Below, in pieces: positions 24,225 through 32,000 of a stretch of 32,000 nt of DNA. This DNA comes from Candidatus Altimarinota bacterium. Its GTDB lineage: Bacteria; Patescibacteriota; Gracilibacteria; UBA1369. A program made the translations under genes and the position numbers. Under the pieces are notes generated by a model. The model made no database searches. It saw only the letters and a program-made list of their open reading frames with translations, and was not told the origin of the DNA. Where the stretch lies: NCBI GenBank assembly GCA_041659405.1, contig JBAZYK010000003.1, forward strand, positions 120,001 through 152,000, in the 5' to 3' direction. The number at the start of each line of letters is the position of its first letter. Positions within the stretch are counted from its first letter, which is position 1.

Positions 24225-27200
24225 AGCTACACCCACTGGTTTCTCCACAATCCACGCATTTATAACAACTCCCATTACGCACCATCACCGCGCCGCAAGC
24301 TGTACAAATAGCCGCATCTTCGTTGTTTAAGGACAGTGCTTTATCCTTTTGCATCTTGGCAAATTCTTCACGACTCATGGCGTTGACAGCAGCTTCACGC
24401 GCGCCAACCTTTTCCATTTCTTTCACGGAAATTTTCTCGATTTCCACGTTTTTTGCTGATTGATGAGTTCGTTCCTTCATAATTGAAGCCGTTACATCCT
24501 CAAACTTTGCCGCCCGATTCAATCCCCGAATTTGACCATCTGAATCGACACTTCCGTCCGCAGCCTCCACCATTTCCAACGGCAACTTAGGCAAAAACAG
24601 GCTTGTTCCCTCGTTATAAGCACGATCCACCAAATCTTCATTGTGATATTTTTTAACCACATCACGAGGCAAAAATTTCAATCCCAGCCAGCGACCGATA
24701 TAATCCACAATTGATTTAACCATTGGGATATCACGATTTCCGGTCATGCCGGCCGGTTCAAATCTGGAATGGCAGAACTTGCTGACCAAAACTTCCAAAG
24801 GCACGCCATATTGCAGATTCAACGAAATAGTCAAAGCCAGCGCATCCATAATTCCGGATAGTGTAGAGCCTTCCTTGCTCATCTTGATAAAGATTTCGCC
24901 CGGCAAACCGTCCTCGTACAAGCCAACCGTAATGTAACCTTCATGTCCGGAGATCGAAAATTTATGAGTAATACTGTGACGTTCCGATGGCAATTTGCGA
25001 CGGAAAGGTTTTTGCACAATTTTCTCGATCACCTGCTGAACCTGCTGCGGACCAACCGCTTCACTCATATCTTCCACATTTTCAAAATTGAAAAGCTCGG
25101 CAAAATTTCCCTGAGTACTGCCGGTATTTAATGGCTGACTCAATTTAGATCCATCGCGATATAAAGCATTACACTTCAACATCAACGCCCAACTTTCCAT
25201 ATAAGCTTTTTGGATGTCGGAAACCGTGCATTCCTCCGGCATATTTACCGTCTTGGAAATCGAACCGGAAATAAAAGGCTGAGCCGCCGCCATCATGTGC
25301 AAATGGCCTGTGTAAGGGATATAACGCTTGCCCTTCTTTCCACATTTATTGGCGCAATCAAAAACCGCGTAATGTTCTTTTTTAAGATGAGGAGCTTCCT
25401 CAATCGTCATGGTTCCACAAACATATTCGTTAGCTTCGGCAATTTGCTCCTTGCTAAAGCCAAGCGCGAGCAACATATCAAACTCAAAATCATTCAATTC
25501 CACATCGGTTAATCCCAAAACTTTTCGGCAGAATTCTTCACCCAAAGAAAATTTATTAAACGCGAATTTTAGTTCAAAGACGCCGGTTAATTGAGTTTCA
25601 ATCGCCAAAATTTCTTTATCGGTGAATCCCTTCTTTTTTAAGGATCCCGGATTTATATGAGGACAATCCCCTAAAGTCGCATGACCCTTCACATAATTTT
25701 CAATATCCAAAATTTGCGCGCTGGAATAACCCAAAGTTTCCAAAGCCGGTTTTAAAGATTGATTTACGATCTTAAAATAACCACCACCAACCAGTTTCTT
25801 AAATTTAATCAAAGCAAAATCAGGTTCAATGCCGGTGGTATCGCAGTCCATTACAAGCCCGATTGTCCCTGTCGGAGCAACCACCGTCACCTGCGCATTA
25901 CGATAACCAAACTGTTCACCCCAATTTAAAGCACGATCCCAAACTTCACGCGCGGACTCCAAAAGATAATCGGGACAATACGCCGGATTGATCCCCTGTG
26001 GCGCAACACTCAAATTTTCATATTCATTTTTAGCTGCATTATAAGCCGCACGGCGATGATTGCGGATGACCTTCAACATGTGTTTTTTATTCTTTTCATA
26101 CTTATTAAAAGGCTTTAGCACCTTGGCCATTTCCGCCGAAGTCGCATAGGATTCACCGCACATAATAGCCGTAATCGCCCCGGTAATAGCGTAAGCTTCT
26201 TCCGAAGTATAAGGAAAACCCATCTGCATCAGCATAGTGCCAATGTTGGCATAGCCAAGACCCAAAGTACGGAACTCATAACTCAATTCCGCAATTTCCT
26301 TGGATGGAAACTGTGCCATTAAAACCGAAACCTCCAACACAATCGTCCACAAACGAACACTATGTCTAAAAGCCTGAATATCAAACTGTTTAGTATTTTG
26401 ATTATAAAATTTAATCAGATTTAACGAAGCCAAATTGCAGGCGGTATCATCCAAAAACATATATTCCGAGCATGGGTTACTGGCGTTAATACGGCCATCT
26501 TCCGGACAGGTATGCCACTCGTTAATAGTGGTGTCATATTGAATTCCCGGATCGGCGCATGACCAGGCGGCATAAGCAACTTCAGCCCACAACTTGCGGG
26601 CGGAAATTGATTTATAGGTTTTACCATCTTTGCGATTTTTTAAATCCCAAAGACCATCTTTTTTCACAGCATCAATAAACTCATTCGGAACACGAATTGA
26701 ATTATTGGAATTTTGGCCGCCAACAGTCAAATAAGCCTCGGAACGGAAATCGGTATCATAACGGCGGAAACTGAATTCCTCCGGTTTCATGCCATCTTCA
26801 ATCAACATCAAAACACGTTTAATGTAATTGAGTGGAACATGTTTTTTATTGGCTTCATAAATTTTTAATTTGAGCGCCGGATTTTTTTCCGGATCAAGCC
26901 CGGAGTCATGAGCGCAGTCCACAATTTTCTTGAGTTCTTCGTAACAAACGTGTGAACCTGCATGCAGTGCGGCCACTTTTTGCTCTTCTGTAACTTTCCA
27001 GTTAATAAATTCCTGAATTTCCGGATGATCCATATCCAAACACACCATTTTGGCCGCACGACGGGTTGTTCCACCGGATTTTATTGCACCGGCAGCTCTA
27101 TCCAAAACAGCCAAAAAGCTCATCAAGCCGGAAGATTTACCGCCACCGGAAAGATTTTCATTTACACCACGCAATTTAGAAAAGTTGGTTCCCGTACCTG

Positions 27201-27903
27201 AGCCATATTTAAACAAACGCGCCTCGCGAACCACTAAATCAAAAATTCCACCCTCGTTTACCAAATCATCGTTTACCGCTTGAATAAAGCACGCATGGGG
27301 CTGAGGTCTGGTATAAGCATCCTTGGATTTTGTCAGTTTTTCAGTTTCAGGATCAACATAAAAGTGCCCCTGCGCATCACCGGTAATCCCATAAGCATGA
27401 GCCAAGCCGGTGTTAAACCATTGTGGACTGTTTGGAGCACACATTTGAGCCACAATCATATGTTTCAATTCATCTTCAAAAGCCTGCGCATCATCGGCAG
27501 TTTCAAAATAATTATATTTTTCACCCCAATGACGCCAGGTTGAAGCCATTCTATTGGCAACCAATTTAATGGAAGTCTCCGCCCCCAAAACCGGTTTTCC
27601 ATCTTTATCCAAAATTGCATTTCCACTTTTATCCATTTGAGGAACCCCCTTCTTACGGCAATATTTTTGCGCCAAAATGTCGGTTGCAACCTGCGACCAG
27701 AATTTTGGAACTTCCACATCCTTCATTTCAAAAACCACCGAACCGTCCGGATTGGTAATTTTTGAAACCCGCAACTCAAAATCAAAAGCAGCAAAAGGAT
27801 CCTTGCCCTTTTCAGTAAAAAAACGCTCAATTTTTAAACCTTTTCCGGTTCGATCCGCAAGCGAAGTTGAAGCGACCTTTTGGAAAGTATTTGGGACAAC
27901 CAT
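24223..27903 (-). CDS. nrdJ: Adenosylcobalamin-dependent (class II) ribonucleoside-diphosphate reductase
   Basis: Contains APNSPQWFNTGL, RYGSGTGTNFS-like FKYGSGTGTNFSKLRG, NPCSEYMFLDDTACNLASLNL, VTVVAPTGTIGLVMDCDTTGIEPDFAL, HLMMAAAQPFISGSISKTVNMP, C-terminal zinc-ribbon CTACGAVMVRNGSCYKCVDCGETSGCS. Start re-assigned from 28044 to ATG 27903 (MVVPNTFQKVAS), because the upstream extension looks non-coding. Confidence 0.95.
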   Translation of the reverse strand: MVVPNTFQKVASTSLADRTGKGLKIERFFTEKGKDPFAAFDFELRVSKITNPDGSVVFEMKDVEVPKFWSQVATDILAQKYCRKKGVPQMDKSGNAILDKDGKPVLGAETSIKLVANRMASTWRHWGEKYNYFETADDAQAFEDELKHMIVAQMCAPNSPQWFNTGLAHAYGITGDAQGHFYVDPETEKLTKSKDAYTRPQPHACFIQAVNDDLVNEGGIFDLVVREARLFKYGSGTGTNFSKLRGVNENLSGGGKSSGLMSFLAVLDRAAGAIKSGGTTRRAAKMVCLDMDHPEIQEFINWKVTEEQKVAALHAGSHVCYEELKKIVDCAHDSGLDPEKNPALKLKIYEANKKHVPLNYIKRVLMLIEDGMKPEEFSFRRYDTDFRSEAYLTVGGQNSNNSIRVPNEFIDAVKKDGLWDLKNRKDGKTYKSISARKLWAEVAYAAWSCADPGIQYDTTINEWHTCPEDGRINASNPCSEYMFLDDTACNLASLNLIKFYNQNTKQFDIQAFRHSVRLWTIVLEVSVLMAQFPSKEIAELSYEFRTLGLGYANIGTMLMQMGFPYTSEEAYAITGAITAIMCGESYATSAEMAKVLKPFNKYEKNKKHMLKVIRNHRRAAYNAAKNEYENLSVAPQGINPAYCPDYLLESAREVWDRALNWGEQFGYRNAQVTVVAPTGTIGLVMDCDTTGIEPDFALIKFKKLVGGGYFKIVNQSLKPALETLGYSSAQILDIENYVKGHATLGDCPHINPGSLKKKGFTDKEILAIETQLTGVFELKFAFNKFSLGEEFCRKVLGLTDVELNDFEFDMLLALGFSKEQIAEANEYVCGTMTIEEAPHLKKEHYAVFDCANKCGKKGKRYIPYTGHLHMMAAAQPFISGSISKTVNMPEECTVSDIQKAYMESWALMLKCNALYRDGSKLSQPLNTGSTQGNFAELFNFENVEDMSEAVGPQQVQQVIEKIVQKPFRRKLPSERHSITHKFSISGHEGYITVGLYEDGLPGEIFIKMSKEGSTLSGIMDALALTISLNLQYGVPLEVLVSKFCHSRFEPAGMTGNRDIPMVKSIVDYIGRWLGLKFLPRDVVKKYHNEDLVDRAYNEGTSLFLPKLPLEMVEAADGSVDSDGQIRGLNRAAKFEDVTASIMKERTHQSAKNVEIEKISVKEMEKVGAREAAVNAMSREEFAKMQKDKALSLNNEDAAICTACGAVMVRNGSCYKCVDCGETSGCS

Positions 27904-27948
27904 AGATGGGGGGAAATTAAAGGGAGTAGATGGGGAAAAACATTTTGG

Positions 27949-27998
27949 GGACTCTCTAAGTCCTTTCTTCCGTGTTGAGTCCACAAAAGTGAAGAAAG
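27949..27998 (-). promoter_or_regulatory. Structured 5' leader of nrdJ (two potential stem-loops)
   Basis: CTTTCTTC (27963-27970) pairs with GAAGAAAG (27991-27998); GGACT (27949-27953) pairs with AGTCC (27959-27963). Both lie between the candidate promoter and ATG 27903. Confidence 0.35.
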
Positions 27999-28064
27999 AA
28001 GCAAGCCCACCACATATAGGTGAGCCTATTAAGATAAACCACAAGATGTTGATGGACGTCCCCT

Positions 28065-28093
28065 AAGATAGTCTTTTGGAAACTCTGCGTCAA
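28065..28093 (-). promoter_or_regulatory. Candidate sigma70 promoter for nrdJ
   Basis: On the minus strand, TTGACG (28093-28088), 17-nt spacer, TATCTT (28070-28065); implies a roughly 150-nt leader. Confidence 0.4.
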
Positions 28094-28294
28094 GGAAACT
28101 GGATTCAAAATTCTTTGCGCTACAATTCGTTTATTATGTGATATACAAAAGCCAAACGCACAGAACAAAATGGCACATCAGGCAAGGGCTCATCGATCAA
28201 AATCCTTTGCTGAAAAACACTTGAAAATGGTACCATCACCAGCCCTCTTTTTTACAAAAATTTTCCTCTGGTTTAAATTCAACGCTGACGAGCC

Positions 28295-31200
28295 CTAAAA
28301 CGCAAAAACCCTCACAATAATCTTGGCTGCTTCACCGCGGGTTAGGTTATTGTTTGGGCCAAACAGGTTTAACGGGTTCCCCTGGCCGTCGACATATCCG
28401 GAAACGATGTTTTTAAGCACTGCGGTATAAATATATTTTCCATACCACGCGCCCTTGATTGTATCCGTAAATGTTAATGCCCCATCAACAATTTGCGCTT
28501 CAAGATAATTAACCAAAAGTATCATTTTGGTGGCTTCTGCACGGGTAACAGGCTGGATCGGCTTAAAGATTGTTCCATTTTGATAACCAATCACAATATT
28601 TAAGATTTTTGCTTTGGCCACGGCAGGTGCAAACCACGAATCTTTTGGCACATCTTTAAACGGATCATTTAGAGGATTTGGAAGTGTCGCATATTTGCAC
28701 TGCATAAACATTTTTGCATATTCGGCTCTGCTGATTTGGTTGTTTGGTCGATATTCATTAAGTAGATTTCCATCTGCGTCTTTGTATCCTTGAACATTGC
28801 ATTTCTGTTGGAGTTTTTCGATATAGGTTTGTGCCCAGTGGTTTTGAGTATCTGTGAAAAGTGCTTGTGTTGCCGGTTGAGTTTGAGGTTGTTGCGCCGG
28901 TTGTGTTGGCGGTTGCGTTGCCAGTTGTGTTGGCTCTTGCGTTTGGGTGGTTGGAGTTGTTGGTGTAGTAGTTGTTGTTGTTGTAGTCGAGCTTCCGCCG
29001 CCACCACCACCTCCGCCGCTGCTGCTGCTCTGATTAACGATTATGGTGTCTGCGGTCACTGCCGAATCTTGATATATTGTGGCATCACCGCTTGTTGTGA
29101 CTGTAATGGTATATGCTCCCGTAGAGCCAATCGACCCGGATGTGACTATATTTTGAATTGTACAGCTTTCTGCAGCCGCTGCCTGTTCACTTCCACCACT
29201 CCTGGCAAGAATAACTGTTTGTGAAGAAACTGTTGTCGTGATTGAACCATCCATTGTTGAACAAACTCCCGCTGAAGCTGATGCAACATTAAACCCTGAT
29301 CCAAATGTAATCTTGATTTTGTCGGTAGCTGCAATTGTTCCATTTGGTGTAAAGGTGGCTGTTGCCGTTGTGGATGATCCAATTCCATACGTGGATAACG
29401 ACACATCTGTTGATGATAATGATGCTGCGGTTTCAACAACCGTATTATTGTCATGAACCAGGTTTGTATTGGACGCCATATCTGTCACCGCCAATGCGTC
29501 TACATCCAGCACAACCGCTCCGCCATCTCCTCCTGTTGTCCCTGAAATAGCTATTGCGGCTGCACGTTGCGCGGCGGTTAATGTGAAAGTTAGACTCGTC
29601 GCGTCCACATTGGCAGGCGCGGCTGTCAGGCTCACGACATCTGTTCCGGTTATATTATTTAGATGAAAACCACTCGCAACCGTTGCGCTTGCATCCATGA
29701 TTTCACTGAAAGTTGTCACCATTACAGCCGTACCATAGTTAATTGTTGTTGAAACTACGACCGGTTTGGCCGCATCGGTAAGATTCACCGCTGTCCAGGT
29801 TTGTAACTGGTTTCCGGCTGCATCCGAAATTTCTCTGGCTCCATTATCGGTATACGCAATAGTTGGAGCTGTTGTATGGCTGGTTATGTTTGAATTTCCC
29901 AATGTTCCCAAAACCAGACGCACCGTTGAAGTATCAGGATAACTCAGGGTTCCGGAAGTCAAAACCGATCCGGTAATATCATTGGCCACATACGCAAAAT
30001 CGGCAATTGTTGCCGTCTGCGTTGAAACAGGTTCCGAAAGGGTTAATGTAACACGATCAACTCGTCCATCGTTATCTGAATCTTCATAAACTTTTGCGGA
30101 AATGGTTGGCGCGGTTGTATCAAAAGTCACCGCTGTTCTGCTAACCGCTGTTGCGGCGTTTCCCGCGTCATCGGTTGCGTTGAATGCAAATGTATAGACG
30201 GCTCCGCTAACCAATCCGCTGGAATCACTCGTACATCCGTTTGTTGTATCCGAAAGATCCAAGTTCGCATGTGCTCCGGTATTTTTCGCTGTACCGACTA
30301 ACGTACAGGTATGCGGAGCGCTGCCATCTGCCGTTCCTGAAGTTTGTGAAATTAAAATTGTTCCACTCGCGACTGCTTCGCTCAATGTATAACTCACATC
30401 GGATGAAGTGGTGACATTATTTATTGAAGTACTTGCCGTTGGGCTCACGCTGGTGAAAACGGGAATGATTGTATCGATTGTGTAATCGTTTGTGCCGGTT
30501 GCAGATGCGGTGTTTCCTCCATTATCCGTGATGGTTACGGTCACATTGTTGGTTGCATCATCCTGGCTGTCCATGGCGCCGGATAGCGATGTTGTCCAAG
30601 TATCTGATGAATTACTTCCAACCAAAGCCGTATCCCCCGCTTTAAAGTTTGCTGCGTTAAAGCTCACGGATGAAATTGTATCCGTATTATTATCGCCGGT
30701 CGCAAGTGTATCGTCCCAGGTTGGCACTGCGGTATTTCCATTTTTAAACGCTCCACCGGTTCCCGTTGCTCCAGTCACGGATATTTTTGCGGCGGAAATT
30801 GTTGGCGCAACATTGTCCACGCTGATCGCATCGGAAGCTGTTGTTGCAGTGTTCCCCGCGTTATCGGTGACGGTGATTATAAATGTCAGGGCACCGGTAT
30901 CCAATGCGCCGGCGGTAACAACCGTAGATTCCGAAGTAGCCGCAAGTGTAGCCTGGCCGGTTAATGTTGTTAAATTTATTGTTGTTGTATCGGTATCGGA
31001 AGCATCAAGCGTAACTGCACTTTGTGTAACTTTATCCTGATTTGTTGAACCGTCATTTAACGCAGCAACACTCGCCGTCCCATTATCCGTTGAAATCGTT
31101 AACGTTCCATTTGCGCTGATGATTGGCGCAACGCTATCCACAGTAGCATTTGTTGTATCAGAAGCCGTTGCTGCGTTTCCCGCATCATCGGTTGCAGTGA

Positions 31201-32000
31201 CGGAAACGTTTCGGTTTGTTGTATCAATTGCTCCTGCAGCTATTTCATATGTTGCTGTCCAGGTTCCGGATGAATTTGTCGCGGAAACCGCCGCTCCTCC
31301 ACCAAATTGGGTGAAGTTAACCGTTACGGTTGAAATTGTATCTGAATTATTTTGGCCTCCTGCCGTATTATTCCAGGTTGCCGTTACAGTATCGCCAATC
31401 TTATATGCTCCTCCAGTTCCGCCCGCGCCACTTATGGAAATATATGCGTCGGTCACCGTTGGCGCCAAAGTATCCACAGGAAAAAGAGTTGAAGTTTGTG
31501 TTGTTCCATCTACAGTGTCATCATTTGGCTTTACGCGGAAATAAACCGTTGGATCATCGGTATTTGGAATGTCGGTTGCGATGTCCCAATTGAAGGTTAA
31601 AGCTATATCACCATTAAAATCCGTATCAATATCGGAAATTAGACCGGCTACGGAAGTTGCACCGTCGCCTTCCAGCCCTTCACTAATAGATGAAACCGTG
31701 GCGTTAACCCAATCGGAATTATTCAAAGAATATTGAACGGTTAGATTTGTTACATCGTTGTCCGCATCTGCAACGGTGGTTACAACCGCCACAGCTGTTG
31801 CTGATGTTTGACTTGGCAACGCGTCACCGGTAATAGCGCTTGCCGTTGGAGCAGTATTAGACACATTTATAAATGAAACTTTATCTACAGAAGCCGTTTC
31901 CCCAGACGCTCCCTGCGTAAAAGCCCGAACATTAAAAGTTCCGGCAGTAAGTCCGGACAAACACGGATCAGTCAAATCCCCTGCGGCACTTGCGGTAGAA
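28295..32000 (-). CDS. Large Ig-like/SLH-domain surface protein, N-terminus beyond the window
   Basis: The frame stays open past the tracked start 31975 to the window edge (STASAAGDLTDPCLSG...). Ig-like modules near-identical to the 15366-19223 protein; Gly run and Thr/Pro/Gln-rich linker (GGGGGGGSSTTTTTTTTPTTPTTQTQEP); C-terminal SLH domains ending ...LTRGEAAKIIVRVFAF. Confidence 0.87.
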   Translation of the reverse strand, partial: STASAAGDLTDPCLSGLTAGTFNVRAFTQGASGETASVDKVSFINVSNTAPTASAITGDALPSQTSATAVAVVTTVADADNDVTNLTVQYSLNNSDWVNATVSSISEGLEGDGATSVAGLISDIDTDFNGDIALTFNWDIATDIPNTDDPTVYFRVKPNDDTVDGTTQTSTLFPVDTLAPTVTDAYISISGAGGTGGAYKIGDTVTATWNNTAGGQNNSDTISTVTVNFTQFGGGAAVSATNSSGTWTATYEIAAGAIDTTNRNVSVTATDDAGNAATASDTTNATVDSVAPIISANGTLTISTDNGTASVAALNDGSTNQDKVTQSAVTLDASDTDTTTINLTTLTGQATLAATSESTVVTAGALDTGALTFIITVTDNAGNTATTASDAISVDNVAPTISAAKISVTGATGTGGAFKNGNTAVPTWDDTLATGDNNTDTISSVSFNAANFKAGDTALVGSNSSDTWTTSLSGAMDSQDDATNNVTVTITDNGGNTASATGTNDYTIDTIIPVFTSVSPTASTSINNVTTSSDVSYTLSEAVASGTILISQTSGTADGSAPHTCTLVGTAKNTGAHANLDLSDTTNGCTSDSSGLVSGAVYTFAFNATDDAGNAATAVSRTAVTFDTTAPTISAKVYEDSDNDGRVDRVTLTLSEPVSTQTATIADFAYVANDITGSVLTSGTLSYPDTSTVRLVLGTLGNSNITSHTTAPTIAYTDNGAREISDAAGNQLQTWTAVNLTDAAKPVVVSTTINYGTAVMVTTFSEIMDASATVASGFHLNNITGTDVVSLTAAPANVDATSLTFTLTAAQRAAAIAISGTTGGDGGAVVLDVDALAVTDMASNTNLVHDNNTVVETAASLSSTDVSLSTYGIGSSTTATATFTPNGTIAATDKIKITFGSGFNVASASAGVCSTMDGSITTTVSSQTVILARSGGSEQAAAAESCTIQNIVTSGSIGSTGAYTITVTTSGDATIYQDSAVTADTIIVNQSSSSGGGGGGGGSSTTTTTTTTPTTPTTQTQEPTQLATQPPTQPAQQPQTQPATQALFTDTQNHWAQTYIEKLQQKCNVQGYKDADGNLLNEYRPNNQISRAEYAKMFMQCKYATLPNPLNDPFKDVPKDSWFAPAVAKAKILNIVIGYQNGTIFKPIQPVTRAEATKMILLVNYLEAQIVDGALTFTDTIKGAWYGKYIYTAVLKNIVSGYVDGQGNPLNLFGPNNNLTRGEAAKIIVRVFAF
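30104..30436. repeat. Long direct repeat, copy B (333 bp identical to 16608-16940)
   Basis: See copy A; first mismatch at 30437 (C versus G at 16941). Confidence 0.93.

Noticed and set aside
24746-27543. Several short ORFs opposite or overlapping nrdJ
   Set aside because: They lie entirely inside a strongly supported NrdJ coding frame and show no recognisable protein features.
27995-28025. CCACATATAGGTGAG near the nrdJ promoter considered as an NrdR box
   Set aside because: When aligned with the remembered NrdR-box pattern (ACACTATATATAGTGT-like) it matches only weakly and is not properly palindromic.
27904-28044. N-terminal extension of NrdJ
   Set aside because: MWFILIGSPICGGLASFFTFVDSTRKK... 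does not resemble NrdJ N-termini and covers the presumed leader; MVVPNTFQKVAS at 27903 fits better.
27903-28093. Cobalamin riboswitch upstream of nrdJ
   Set aside because: No recognisable B12-box-like conserved core was found by eye. A covariance-model scan would be needed to settle it, so only a generic structured leader is reported.
1-32000. Alternative genetic code (UGA recoded)
   Set aside because: All major genes are full length under the standard code, and UGA serves as a real stop (for example 2172-2174 in the ATGA overlap).

Overview
This is a moderate-GC bacterial chromosomal window that reads cleanly under the standard code, with UGA as a stop. No CRISPR array, tRNA, rRNA or transposase was recognised. 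From left to right it holds: the 3' part of a type III restriction-modification operon (mod, an 83-aa ORF, a three-TM membrane protein, res), with the two extra genes packed between mod and res; a small membrane protein; a divergent PP2C-like protein; a DnaQ-exonuclease/DinG-type helicase; a TPR protein divergent from a lemA gene followed by two tandem DUF2207-type membrane proteins with Gly-rich tails ending in GGAW; a large secreted FG-GAP/Ig-like/SLH surface protein; uvrB; a hypothetical protein; a DUF378 protein; a hypothetical protein plus an untracked 54-aa ORF; a B12-dependent ribonucleotide reductase (nrdJ); and a second Ig-like/SLH surface protein running off the right edge. The most notable signals are (1) the gene-dense type III R-M operon with unexplained intercalated genes, (2) a perfectly identical 333-bp tract shared by the two surface-protein genes exactly 13,496 bp apart in direct orientation, which suggests gene conversion or a potential excision/assembly hazard, and (3) a 122-bp nested imperfect palindrome abutting the nrdJ stop codon. 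None is proven to be a new system from sequence alone.
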